The notes: a model not told the origin generated them from the letters alone. Shown: positions 1 through 13,235, counted from the whole stretch's first letter. The stretch is DNA of 59,469 bases, filler included, from Basidiobolus ranarum (GCA_040143965.1; 6 parts of 6 records of this genome joined end to end with filler, not necessarily neighbours in it); one strand, 5' to 3'. Program-made: numbers and translations.

Positions 1-725
1 GTAGGAAGAAGTTGAAGTCAAAGAAGAGACCATATCCGATTGTTTGCGAGATCACTACTGCGAACAGTCCAGCCACGGCGCATTCACTGTACTTCTTTGC
101 AATCACCATAATTGAGCCAGTACACATTATCTAGAAATTAAGAGAAGGTAGTCAATATTAGTTGTTATTCTAACATGTGAACTTGTTTGTGTTAACTTTT
201 CACCCGATTCTTGCCGTCTAGCATCAGAAATCACCGTACTGGTGTGGGGTTGTACTCTGATGAAGGAGTAGCTAGCCCCACAGACCCACAGATGCGATTC
301 TGATGGTCAAGACTTGCGAGAACGAGTTATGGTAGAGGCAGGGGTGACAACATGAATGACCGCAGTATTGTCATGAATAAATGTGTAACCATGGTATCCA
401 TAACTATCATACGGATGCATATGCCGTAACATAGCAAGTCACAGATTCTAACATCCCACCGGACCATTTTTTCAGTTTGTAGGATCATACTTACAAATAC
501 ATTCAGGCCAAGGAATATGTGATTTGCACCGTTGTAGAAACCGCGATATCTCTCGAGGTAGACGAGTTGGTCAGACCATTGAGCGATGATACGAAGCGAG
601 TCTTCAAAGAAGGTTACTACAAGTAAGAACCTGGCGATTACTGGGATTACTGGCTTCAATGGGGAAGCAGTTTTGGAGATCAAAGTCTCAATTCTTGCAG
701 ATAGATTGCGAACTGTTTGGATCAT
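1..725 (-). CDS. ERV29: SURF4/ERV29 ER cargo receptor, copy 1 (3'-truncated by contig start)
   Basis: Exon 1 725-495 (MIQTVRNLSARIETL...PVIARFLLVVTFFEDSLRIIAQWSDQ...LNVF), GTAAGT..TAG intron 494-131 (364 bp), exon 2 from 130 (IMCTGSIMVIAKKYSE...) almost identical to copy 2. Confidence 0.9.
177..444. mobile_element. 268-bp structured intronic element (MITE-like insertion or intronic ncRNA) between 10-bp direct repeats
   Basis: ATTCTAACAT at 167-176 and 445-454; imperfect terminal inverted repeat (t)gtgaacttgtttgtgtta / taacatagcaagtcaca; internal hairpins; absent from the 87-bp paralogous intron. Confidence 0.6.
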
Positions 726-2028
726 ATTTGATATTGTAATATATAGATAGACAATTGGGATGGCAAAAGAGTGAGGAAAGTAAAGAATCAAATTGTTGAC
801 AATCTCTTACAAATAGATGTGAATGTTTATATAGTATTTCGAATTCATACTCGTAACTTTCCGATAACACCTCTTTAGTATTATGCATATTTTCCCTTCA
901 ATCGGTCCATAATTTCCCTTGCATAACTTTACCTCTGCTCCAAGATTATTCTATCATGGGTAGTTTAACAAACCAGTCTCAGTAGTAGGTCTGGCAAGGG
1001 GCTAAGTGCCTGCATGCACTTACAAAAAAGTAGGTTTAGTACGTTGAGGGTGGGAGGATTGTTCACTAGTTGCATTCTTGATATTTTGTATTTACTTCTG
1101 CTAATTCATTACCCTGACATGAATGAACGGGGGAATCGGACAATTTCTTTGACACAAAAACAATTTGAATCCAAACTCATTTCAGGTATCTCCATATTAC
1201 GGAATCTAAGATCTGGGTGATAGGCTGTTTGAGCGGAGAATTGTATTTATATAGGCGATCATTGTAATCTAAGATTCCAGGGGAAGCAACGAAGTATTGA
1301 GTACTTTGCCGGACTGTATGGCCTTAGGGCTTACAGAATTTCTACTGTAAACATGAATTCTGAACACAAGGTTCTATCCATAAGGAAATGAGCAAGTTGA
1401 TTGTAGGAATTCTGGAGATTTTGATTCGTGAGTTTTCATTTATAGTATAGAATTACCAGACACTTGGGCTATTGGAATACAAACTTGGTAGCAACGTTCA
1501 AATGATTATTTAATTAATTAGCGGAATAGCAATTGGTGTCGCATACGTCTCAGATAACAATAGCCTTGGGAGAATCGACTTCGCAATCAGTAACCGGTGG
1601 TTCAACCAACTTCATTACAGTGCTAAATCCACTAATTGAGGTAATATACTTTTATCGCACAGTATGGTGATGATTCGTGATCTGATCACAGTACATACTA
1701 TATTTCCTTTGCAGTCATTGAGTGCTAACATTGCTAAACGATACGTATATATTGAGCAGACGATACTACAATATAACTTTGGAAGTAGTGTTACACTTCT
1801 ATTGTATCCCGTTTATTGACATTTTGAGAGCTATTAATAAAGATTGTTGCAATAATTAGAAATATCTGGAATGGGTTAGAAACTCAATAAGATCCCCAGA
1901 GATGGGGATTCTCTATGTATTATTCTTACGGGCACTATCTTATTGTTAGTAGTGAAATGATAAATATCTGGCTTAATATAAAGTACAATAATATAATTTT
2001 CAACGTAGATGGATTACACGGCATGCAC

Positions 2029-2943
2029 TCAATAATTCTTCTTCTTCTCATCCACAGAGATCCCTCCTGGTCCCATGCTGACCAGTAGTAAGAGGCCTCC
2101 CATGATGCTCAATGTCTGGAAGAAGTCGTACATGACAAAGTCCCGTGTAGGATGGTTGTGATGGATAGTCCACCAGTTGTTGATGATCACATTGAAAACC
2201 GAGAGGAAAAGCACCAAGAAGAGCGCTGAGAACTTGGCCTTGAAGCCAATCACAACCATAGCACTGGCAACAAGCCCAATGACTGAAGCTGCGATTCTTA
2301 AGGCAGTCATCTCACCTGCGAATACAAATGACAAGAAGAGGAAGATCAAGAGGATTCGACCAGCAAGTTGGAAATATGTGCTACGATCAACCCGACTGAC
2401 TGAAGGCAGACCGGGGAAGAGAGACTTGCGCTTGTTGTTGTTATGAGTGAGGGAGTCAGCCAACAACATCAGTAAACCTCCAAGGATACTGACGTTGCGT
2501 AGGAAGAAGTTGAAGTCAAAGAAGAGACCATATCCGATTGTTTGCGAGATCACTACTGCGAACAGTCCAGCCACGGCGCATTCACTGTACTTCTTTGCAA
2601 TCACCATAAGTGAGCCAGTACACATTATCTAGAAATCAAGAAAAGGTAGTCAATATTAGTTGCTATTCTAATCATTCGAATTAGTGTGTGCTTAGTATGT
2701 AGGATCAATACTCACAAATACATTCAAACTAAGGAATATGTGATTTGCACCGTTGTAGAAACCGCGATATCTCTCGAGGTAGACGAGTTGGTCAGACCAT
2801 TGGGCGATGATACGAATCGAGTCTTCAAAGAAGGTTACTACAAGTAAGAACCTGGCGATTACTGGTATTACTGGCTTTAATGGAGAGGCAGTTTTGGATA
2901 TCAAGGTCTCGATGTTTGCCGAAAAACGTCTAACTGATTCCAT
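2029..2943 (-). CDS. ERV29: SURF4/ERV29 ER cargo receptor, copy 2 (complete)
   Basis: Exon 1 2943-2716, GTGAGT..TAG intron 2715-2629, exon 2 2628-2029. SURF4 motifs FFLRNVSILGGLLMLLA, YDFFQTLSIMGGLLLLVSMGPGGISVDEKKKNY with C-terminal dilysine ER-retrieval signal. Confidence 0.95.
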
Positions 2944-5900
2944 GTTTGAAATAGAAATTTAGAGAGAGAATTCTGATTTTAAAGATAGTATGATCTAAAA
3001 GAGAATGAGCCTATGGAATTCGAAGATACTTTATTGGAGTCAACCCGGCCTAAGCTTAAATAGGCAATGGACTCTGCCGTCACTTTCTTCCATCTAGTCA
3101 TTTCATGCAACTCCTCTTTTACTATCTTGTATACATACAAACATCCGCATAACGAAGCCTTCGATCAAGAATGGTTGCATAGCAGCACTATTCTTGCGGC
3201 ACACCACAAACAATAAACTAAGAGCGCGTTCAGAGTAAGACTACGTATCAACCCTGTATGGCTGTGAAAACCCCAATCCGAAAGCTCTAGCAAGGAGGTA
3301 TGGGGTGTACATGAGGAAATTTCTCAGGTTCGAGTGTCTGTTTGTTATTATAGTTAACATGTATGCAACCATTAATCTTCGATGGATTGAACTACCTCCT
3401 TACTCCGCTTCTGCCTTTCGCACCTCATCAAATCTGATCTGAATTACCTACCCCAAACTTCACCAAGCGGATCTCGTAACGATCAAGATCGAATCGCGCC
3501 CGTAATGCATCTTCAACCTAGAACCTTGATAAGCCTGTAATTCAATTAACTTCCTATCCCACAGATGCGAAAATTAGCAAATATCTAAAATCAGTGAAGC
3601 ATTTCAATTGATACCACATCTAATAATGAGGCAGAAATGAAGGCAATGTTGCATTGAACAATGATTGTTAGGGCATGCTCAAATTGGCACGATTTGGTGC
3701 ATCAATTGATTGCGCTGATAGTTTGTCGTATTTACTGGATTGGGCTAGCAATACATCATGCGCTCTAATATGCCACTTAGACATAAGGCGCTTCTCTAAG
3801 ACGGTCATTATTTGTCTGAGAAATGCTACGCAGGCATGTATTCCAGTCTTTGAAGGAAATCAGCATACTGCACTCGCACCAACAACAAACGGGAGCATTC
3901 AAGACTACTACCTGAGACGCTAATACCATATATTGGCATTATATTACCTTGGAACACATCTTCCTGGCAAACATCCCTGATTCCTACTAAATAGATATCT
4001 CCACCCCTCTTCTCAGTACGCTTGGAAGCCTTCTTTGAGATAACCAGTCAGGTAAAGCCTAACAAGAAAAGCTCTTTACCCAAATCGCCTACATAAGACG
4101 GAAGGCACTACACACGATCATACGAACTCTTCCTATGTTGGAACTAAATTGGATTATTTCGTATTCTTTATACTTTGCTAAAGCTTTGGGATGGTTCTCT
4201 ATGGTACCACCGAGAAACTTCATTCTAGATGGATACAAAACCTCTAGAGTTTCAGGTCCGTGAAATGACAGTTTCATTCTGTACTCACTTTAATGTTAGC
4301 ATTACCTATGAGGCAAGAAATGAATTCCAATACCTTTAAATACAGTAATTACATATCTCAAGAAATACACAGCATTTCCACCATGTGAGACTTGGATGAC
4401 GAGTCACATGATTGTCTTGATACTAGGTCTACATCATGATGCTGTAGATACTGCAGTATAGTATAATAGGGCAGCCATCAATAGTCAATAATATGCCTTA
4501 ACGACGAACCTGTTTGATAGATTAATAAACACAATCATCCACGGCGAATTTCAGACATACCCGGATAGCTTTCAAATACAAGTAAAATGCCGGACTGCTC
4601 TGAATCCATAAGCCCCTATAGAGCCAGATCATATCATAGAATTTTCCGGAACCCATGGGTGACTAACTGTCACTAAGATTACCGGAATCCTTGAATCACA
4701 CGTTATGGAGACCAAGGGTCGCTGGCTAGCAACTCAGGAAAGTCCACATAGGGCCTCAGTGGTTAGACTGTTTGTATGTTTAAAGTTATCAAACTGCCCC
4801 TCCCTTTGTTTGCTCATGCCTTCTGAGCGGTGGTGACATGCACGGTTATGAACAATCTACGCTATGAATAGCACAAGCGGAATGCCACGAATGTCTAAGG
4901 GTAATTTAAGTAATTGGAACAAGTGAGTATTACAAAACCCTAAATTAAACTCACATGTGGACTAAAGAACTCAACCAAGCCCCACAGCTCTAATCACCAG
5001 ATCCATTATCGAATCTGAATTAGATATGTTGTCATTCTGAAATCCATATGAAATTAACTGTGTATAAAGATGAGTAGATGCGAGACCGCATATCAGCCAG
5101 AAACACGCTGAGCATCTAGTAATCAGGATCTTTCGATGCATCAATGATGTTCTCATCACTCAAGGCATGAAGAAGCTACTCTGGAAGTGGAGCAGACACT
5201 CTTAACAAATCTGTAGAGTACATGTCTCAGGGAGTAACAGTGGGGAATCTTTTCCATTCGAAATGATTCAATAATTGCCAAGGCAGGAGTGGCTGCCATT
5301 AATGCTCCATGAAGTATGAATTAATGAGTAAAATCTAGTCCCTACATTCTTCAAATTCCCAGAAATCCCGGTAAAGATTGCAAGATGAAATTTAATTCAA
5401 GTATACACTTCATCGTTGATGTTTCCTGCTGTTGCTTTGGGTAGGACATGGTGATCTTCACGGGAACAATCGACTTGAGCTACTAGCTCTTGGTATTCAA
5501 TTCAGCGAAGAGCAACAATGAGCATACGATGCCAAGGATATTAGACTTACTTGGCCTGTAAGCAAAGCTTTGCATGGACCCAGCAATTCTTTTAGTCTAG
5601 TCTCGAACTAAGAGTTATTGATAATCAGTTCTCGGTACTATGACTAGTGACATATTAGAGTCTGCCAACATAGGTAGGGATATGAAGTAAGGATTATCTA
5701 ATGCATTCGAAACCATAATATCAAGTTATCTCAGTCTAATGAAGGCACGCAAGCTAAAACCAGTATATTCCATTGTCTATCTGAGTGCTCAAGCCAATAT
5801 ATACGCAGAATTAGGACGATTTAGAAGCACCACTTGAAACCCACTCCATAGCAGTATCCGGCTTGATCCATAAACGATGCATTACCGGGCCTTGTCTTGG

Positions 5901-7103
5901 TAGTTGTGCACTTGAAATGTCAATGAAAGACAACTCCATCTCGGTTGTATGATTCATATCTATGAATAGAGCTTAAAAAGCGGAAGCCATGCTCTGGATG
6001 TTTCGCATGTTTGTGGAACTCCTCAGAGTACAAATCGCCATTACCTAGCCTAGTAGAGTGAGATGTAAGAGGGGGCTCTTATGAGCGTAAAGATCCGTCA
6101 AATTAGCTACAGTGAGTCAACAGCGCACTACCTGGCGGTCTCATTAGCTGCCCAGAAGTTGCTCTGTTGCATATTCATCGTATATTGCTATATCTATGAG
6201 ATGATTAGTGCCAGAATGGCCTAGGTATTCTGAAACAGTGTTGTTTTCCGGAAAGGGGCTATGTAAAAGAGCCGATTGTTATGATGAACATCTGGCTGAT
6301 CCAAATTGAGCAATGTATTCACAGAATCAGGGTCGGTGATGTAAACCTATCATTTAGTGTACAGGACATCCCAACCTAACCTCCTGAGCCTCCTAGTCTT
6401 GTCCAACCACCCCTTGAGTAGCCTATGGTGTATACTGGATTGTAGCAAATGAATTGCTGTCCAAGTACAATTTATGAGAAGTGATTGATTAATGCCCAGG
6501 AGGGGATGGGGTGCGCTGAAAAGCTTTGCAAATTACTTGCACCAAAGGTACAGTTCCTACAATTAGCCATTTGGTTTAATTGCACAGTCCCAACATCTGT
6601 CGTACGTTATTGCGCAAGGCTGACGATCCAAAGGATTTCGAACTGGTTTATATTCAACCCTCATAAAGAAATAAACATATCACTCTTTGTCTCTCCCCTA
6701 TTTTTATCTGTTGTGTATTTTTACATTCGATCGGTAAATAAAAGGATCCTTCAATACATAGTGTGGATTACGTTACTCTTACAGCCATTATTAGTCATTG
6801 TTAATTGTAATTGAAACTCACAGATCACATTGATTTTCACTGATTAGTCTTGGACGGCTCTTGCTGGTTCTGTATAAAACCCGACAATCTGCTACATCCT
6901 ATGCAGTGCTCAAGAACACCATCTATCCCCTTTTCACAGCTCTAGCTAAAGAACCAAGTTGAACCTTTGTAAAGACATCTTTCAAGCAGCCTACTTCATT
7001 TATAAATACCTTTTTATCCAACAGAGTCATTGAGCTTAGTTCCTTATTCTTCATTACATACCCAAAGTTCCACTCTTTAGACATCTCCCCCGAGAATAGC
7101 ACG

Positions 7104-7163
7104 GTAAGTTTATTGATTTATCAATTAAAGTTTGGACTTGACGCTCACTGATGGTTCCTCTAG
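7104..7163 (+). other. Probable 5'-UTR intron of the G-alpha gene
   Basis: GTAAGT donor, CTGAT branch-like motif and pyrimidine-rich ...CCTCTAG acceptor, 85 nt upstream of the ATG. Confidence 0.55.
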
Positions 7164-7248
7164 CGCCTCAGTACTCCACATTAGATAGTGCTGAAAGATA
7201 TTGCACCCCGTACCACCACTTGCACTTCTACTAGTAGTTTAATCAGCC

Positions 7249-8571
7249 ATGGGTTGTTGCGTCAGTCAAGATGACATTGAGGAGAGACGGAAGAACGACG
7301 AGATCGAGAATCAGATCAAGAAAGATAAACTGTCTTTGAAAAATGAGATTAAGATGTTGCTCCTCGGTGAGTTTGACAAATCATTCAGTAGAAATTACAG
7401 AAAAAGGGACTAACAGTGTGATTTTCATCAGGTGCCGGCGAGTCTGGAAAAAGTACCATTTTAAAGCAGATGAGGCTTATCCATGATGGTGGGTACAGTG
7501 CGGCCGAAAAAGAATCCTATAAGGAGATTATTTTTTCCAATACTATACAATCGATGCGGGTCATTGTAGCAGCGATGAACAAGATGAATGTTCAGTTTGC
7601 GAATCCCGAAAATGTTCAGAACGTAGAGATCATCATGAACCTGCCCACAAACTTCACGCTACCCCCTGAAGGAGATCTATTTCCACCAGAAGTCTCTCAA
7701 GCCATCAAAGTCTTGTGGGCGGATGAGGGAGTTCAAAGCTGCTTCAAAAGATCAAGGGAATACCAACTTAACGATTCTGCAAAATAGTAAGTACTCTTTA
7801 GGATGTGTAGAGGCCAATGTAGTGCCATATATTAACATTTTGTAAGTTATTTCGACTCGGTAGATCGTATAGCACAGCCAGACTATACTCCAGATGACCA
7901 GGATGTACTAAGGTCCAGAGTAAAAACGACAGGGATTACCGAGACAACATTCAGAATCGGCGACCTCATCTATCGTATGCTGGATGTTGGTGGACAACGC
8001 TCAGAACGTAAAAAATGGATACACTGCTTTGAAAATGTCACTGCCATTGTATTTATGGTAGCTATCAGTGAATATGACCAAACACTAGCAGAAGATGAAT
8101 CCGTGGTAAGTAATGGTTAAAATTACATTCAAACCGGATCTATGATTAATTATCTTCATGACAGAATCGTATGCAAGAGTCCCTGACACTATTTGACTCC
8201 ATTTGTAATTCACGGTGGTTTGTCAAGACCTCTATCATCTTGTTCTTAAACAAGATTGATTTGTTTAGAGAGAAACTACCGCTCTCCCCCATTAACAAAA
8301 TCTTCCCGGACTACGACGGTAAGGCATATGTTGGTTTGAGGATTCGATTTAAAGCTTTCATTAACTTTCCCCTCTCTACATAGGTCCTTTAACCTATGAG
8401 TCTTCCTGTAACTATATCATGGAAAGATTTGTATCTTTAAATCAAACCGATACGAAACAACTATATGCGCATTTTACTTGTGCCACTGATACAGAGCAAA
8501 TCAAGTTTGTGATGGCAGCGGTAAATGATATTGTTGTGCAAGGAAATCTACGGGACTGTGGTCTATTGTAG
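7249..8571 (+). CDS. Heterotrimeric G-protein alpha subunit, fungal group I (Gi-like), 5 coding exons
   Basis: MGCCVS (myristoylation/palmitoylation), [13 protein letters not shown]-loop split by intron 7367-7431, [35 protein letters not shown]-terminal NLRDCGLL*. Confidence 0.95.
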
Positions 8572-9458
8572 AACGCCCACCACGAAGCCTGAATCCGGAT
8601 ATTCAAGAACACTTCATTTGGTTCTGCTTCATTATCAAAAGCTTATTGTAACTTTTTTAACATATTCATGTAGCCATGTTTTTTCCCTTAAATACTTTGA
8701 AATCTCAGTCATCTTATTTGACTCTACTCTACCCCGTAATGCTCCATTACTAACTTACCGTATCAGCAAAAACGAGTTCCCCTTCCTACTTTTGCCTCCC
8801 CCTCCATTCATACCACTTCCCTATTTCATAATAGAATACTGGAATCCTGTAATGTGCATTCATTTGGGCAAAACAATAACCTCTTGGAGCTGCTAAGCGT
8901 TGCTCTATTGTTAGGGAAATCGACTGGCAGTTTACAAAGAATTGACTTTTTTCTTCCATTTGAGCTTACTTGATAACCTCGGACTTTAGAAACTTTAATA
9001 AAGCGAATACAGTTTTCAAGTACCCCGAAGCAGCATTAACATTTCGGAATTCGTTGGATTCTGCATTTATTTATGGTGTTTGACATGCATAGACCCATCT
9101 AGAAGATCTATAGTATAATACAAAGCATTCCGAAACTCAAAATTATGGTTACATTGGATTTGGGGTTAGAATTAGAATTACACTGGAGACTGGGCCAGGC
9201 TGTTCTTTCCGGGTTCGGGTTAGGTTAAATTTAAGATGAAACTCTTGTGTAATATTTGATACTAGTATAAGTGTGCTTTTAGGTTAATGTGTTGATGCGA
9301 TTTATAAAGATACATTGATTAAAAAGAATGCGTGAGATGAGTGGAAAATATATACAGAAAGCAAGTCTGTCAACAGTAAAATGCACGATAGAAAGTATAT
9401 CTGGACAAAGGAAGACTTGGCCGTGTGTTATCTTAAAATATCCAATAAAACAAAGGTT

Positions 9459-9839
9459 TCATGAGTTAATGGACAATTGCATCGAGAATCTATGGACATT
9501 TCGTTTGACTCCTCCTTTAGTATTCGTTCTTCGCTTGGTAGATGAGCTAACCACTTTGGCAAACTGTGGTGATGAACGATAGGTAAGATGCTCAAAGATT
9601 CTGGTGTAAGGAGAGATCGTATGGTTAGAATTCATCAAAGAAGCTAATTGAGCGGCCAGAGCATTGTCAGATGGTTGAAGTACAACTGCTTCACGTTCTA
9701 CCGTTGGAATACAAAAATCATCATGGTGAATTTCATTAAAGTAGTCAAACTCAAGCTTAGGAGTGACGGGTGTGGACGCTGTATGGTTAGTTGATGTCTC
9801 TTTTAATACATCATGCGGAGGGGCTGAATATTTAACCCT
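9459..9839 (-). CDS. 3' end of an unidentified gene, open from the contig end (126 aa)
   Basis: Stop-free frame RVKYSAPPHDVLKETSTNHTASTPVTPKLEFDYF...VHRFSMQLSINS*; not in the ORF track because it has no start; no family recognised. Confidence 0.55.
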   Translation of the reverse strand, partial: RVKYSAPPHDVLKETSTNHTASTPVTPKLEFDYFNEIHHDDFCIPTVEREAVVLQPSDNALAAQLASLMNSNHTISPYTRIFEHLTYRSSPQFAKVVSSSTKRRTNTKGGVKRNVHRFSMQLSINS

Positions 9840-9841
9840 TC

Positions 9842-9941
9842 NNNNNNNNNNNNNNNNNNNNNNNNNNNNNNNNNNNNNNNNNNNNTTAATTAATTAANNN
9901 NNNNNNNNNNNNNNNNNNNNNNNNNNNNNNNNNNNNNNNNN
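9842..9941. other. Artificial contig spacer (N44-TTAATTAATTAA-N44); repeated at 19778-19877, 29707-29806, 39631-39730, 49552-49651
   Basis: Identical 100-bp linker carrying stops in all six frames. Confidence 0.98.
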
Positions 9942-9942
9942 A

Positions 9943-11517
9943 AGCTATGAAACTACCAGTGGCCCCACTTCGCCTGAAGATCAGGATGGAGAAGAAACGG
10001 ACTCCTTATCCTCCTATTCAAGCACCACGCAATCCCCTCTTGACGATATCGAAGAGTCGTATACTATCATCGAGAATTTCGAGTCTACATCAGAAATGTC
10101 AGACACAAGACCTCAAACGTCCAGCTCCGTAGCATCCTCTTCCAATGACCCGACTGTAGGTACTACTCCAGTGCGAAAGACATTGAGAAGCTCACGTTTG
10201 CAGCCAAGTCTCAGCCAAAGAAACCGGCAATCTCAGCGAAATGTCTCCTTGGACTCTGACGACACATGGCAGCACAGCTTTAAAGATATATATCGACGAC
10301 ATCATTTACTTCATCAGAACTGGCTCCACGGTCGGGCTTCAACGTTCTCATTCCCAGGACATGGAAGCCATGTTGTTACATGTTTACAATTTGATTCGGA
10401 CAAAATAGTCTCTGGCTCTGATGATCAGTGTATCAACATTTACGACACTAAATCTGGTCAACTGAGAACTCGATTGATTGGACACGATGGTGGTGTTTGG
10501 GCCCTTCAATATGTACAGAATACCCTAGTATCTGGCTCGACAGATCGTACAGTTAGAGTCTGGGACGTTGAAAAAGGGCTATGTACTCATGTTTTCCATG
10601 GACATACGAGTACTGTACGTTGTTTACAAATCGTTGTTCCCATAAACGTTAACCCTGACCCGAATGGAGAGCCTATAATGGAGCCTCCATATCCGGTCAT
10701 TGTTACTGGTTCAAGAGATTCCACACTGCGCGTTTGGAGACTTCCAACACCTGAATTCAACCCAGACCAGGGCTCATCAGTAAACTATCCCATTATCACG
10801 TCCTCTGCAAACAATCCTTACCTCTTACATACCCTCACGGGACATACACACTCCGTGAGAGCATTGGCTGGGCATGGGAACTTGGTTGTGAGTGGTAGTT
10901 ATGATTGCACCGTTAGAGTATGGAATCTCATGACTGGAGAGAATATATGGCGTTTAGTTGGACACACTCAGAAAGTATACAGTGTGGTTCTGGATCGGGA
11001 ACGAAATAGATGTATGAGTGGCAGTATGGATTTCAAAGTTCGCGTATGGAATATTGAGAATGGTAGCTGTTTATATGTGTTGGAAGGTAATTCTATTTGA
11101 TACTCTGATCTCGTATATTGTTTCATTTTTAGCTTACACATTCTTGCTCTTCAAGGTCACTCTTCGCTAGTAGGTTTATTGAATCTTACACCGGATTACT
11201 TGGTTTCAGCAGCAGCGGACTCTACTTTGCGCATATGGTCACCTAGTGACGGCACTTGTCTAAATGTATTGTCAGCCCACACAGGTGCCATTACATGTTT
11301 CCAGCACGATGGAACCAAGGTCATCTCAGGCTCTGATGGAACTCTGAAGATGTGGGACATACGTACAGGGAGACTAATTCGTGATCTGATACAAGGGTTA
11401 AGTGGAGTCTGGCAAGTTCAATTTGACCATCGTCGATGTGTAGCAGCGGTACAAAGGCAAGGACAAACCTGGTTTGAAGTGATGGACTTTGGAATCCATG
11501 GCATTAGAAAGGAATAA
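9943..11517 (+). CDS. CDC4: CDC4/FBXW7-like F-box/WD40 SCF substrate receptor, 5'-partial (F-box not in contig)
   Basis: Frame open from contig start; FKDIYRRH..NW, HVVTCLQFD, GHDGGVWAL, GHTSTVRCL, GHTHSVRAL, GHTQKVYSV; intron about 11087-11155; GHSSLVGLL, HTGAITCFQHD, GVWQVQFD. Arg-containing Cdc4 phosphodegron-binding WD repeats. Confidence 0.9.
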
Positions 11518-13235
11518 ACGATACACATTATATACACCCCTCCCCACTCTATCACTATACTTATATTACTACACTAGTTACTATCTGTTTATTGTTTATG
11601 TAAAGAACTCCCTTGATCAGTTTTACTCATTCTTATGTAACTCGTTTTTAGCACACTTTCCTCTACCTCATTTTTTGACTACATTACCTAGTTCATTTCT
11701 GGGTAGTGGTATGTCTACCTTTTTTGGAATAGTAATCCCATTTGTAGAGCGACCTAATCATACTTATTCTTCGAATTAAAAGAACTGACTCTAAAAACCT
11801 TTTGCTGTCACACTTCATTCAACGTTGCTATGTAAACCATATTCCCCGATGTACTTACACTCATCAACTCGATCAATGCAGGTGTATACGACCTTTTGAA
11901 ATCTGACAGCAAGACGTTACCTGTGAACAGTTGGCCTAATCAGTCATGAAGAAGTCTATCTATTCCTATTAGTAGAGTGTATAAACTGTACAATTGCACT
12001 TTGAAACACATATTACTATAATTACCAGATATAATGGTAAATTCGGATATTACTGTATGAAAGCCATTAATTACTATTAGGAGGCACCCCAACTTTATAC
12101 CGCTATACCCTTCCATGCAGTATGCCAAAAGAAAGGAGTATGCCTAAATTAAGTGATGACTAATTCTGGTTTTTGTGAAACATTTGGAAGTAGCACGCTG
12201 TCGAACATAGTAGGGGCTGCCAGTCTCTACATAGACAAGAGGAGGATCATTAGGTTAGCACAGAGAGCAGTGGCTACAAATGATGAATTTTCAATGTAAA
12301 CAAGTCATTAATCGAAGTATGAGTAAAGAGGATGAATTTCCACGAGATGAGTAGCACTCCAAGAAGAAACATACAAGCTATTTCGATCATGAATAAATGA
12401 CAGCCAGCATACATTGAATGCAGTCATCAATGATATAGGAAGTGTATCTCAACTTTTCTATAAGATCTGATCATCTTTTTTACCAAATGGGAATAGTGAG
12501 TAGACAAAGGCTCTGGAATAAAGTGGCCAGCGTTGACGCCTAGTTAAATGCTCCCAATTGAGTTTCACATACCATCCTGATTTAGACTAAAATCGGATAT
12601 TCCAGTCTCCTGCGGAGTGGGGACAACTCCATGTATCCTCTAATGGCGATGTCTCAACTTACGCATAAGATTCCTTCCAATGAATGGCCATTTAAACCGA
12701 CTATTTATACCCAAAATCTTCTCCAGAACTAAAGAATCCTATTGTTTGATGATATCCATAGCAGATGAGGCAATCGAGAATGCTTGAGGCAAAGGGTTGA
12801 ATCTTGGACTGATTGTTGGAATGCTTGAGATTAAGGATATGAAAATTTCAACTAGCGTTTGCAAATGCACTTAAAATGGACTAGACTTTACTTTAACCTT
12901 GAATTTGTTAGTGAAATAATGGATAAATTACCGCTTGTCATGGATCCAATGGTGTTCGTTGATGTGAGAAATTTTACCAATCTTGGGAAAAAAACTACCA
13001 AGCCACTGCCATCCACTTAGCAATAATCTAAAACGTTAGCCTTTTAAATTTATTCAATTAAATATGTATTCTGTTACTCAGTGAAACTGATGTTGGATTG
13101 GTAAATCACATGACAATCCGGATAAATTCGTTCACAGTAGCGGGAGCTAGGGGAGAGGGGAGATATATATAAAGTTAAAATAAGCAAATGCATAATGATT
13201 GGAAAATACCCTCCCGAGATTACTATGAAAATTGA

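Noticed and set aside
222-275. Hammerhead ribozyme (GAAA...CTGATGA) inside the SURF4 intron element
   Set aside because: Stem II cannot be closed, stem III lacks a proper NUH site, and the CTGATGA lies in the loop of a stronger hairpin.
4561-4700. Recurrent CCGGA-initiated degenerate repeats
   Set aside because: Irregular spacing and low similarity beyond the pentamer; cannot be told from chance.
6281-6387. Box C/D snoRNA (ATGATGA, CTGA, GTGATGT, CTGA)
   Set aside because: No terminal stem and no convincing rRNA-complementary guide next to D or D'.
9886-9897. TTAATTAATTAA palindrome recurring every ~9.9 kb
   Set aside because: Artificial six-frame-stop linker embedded in N runs.
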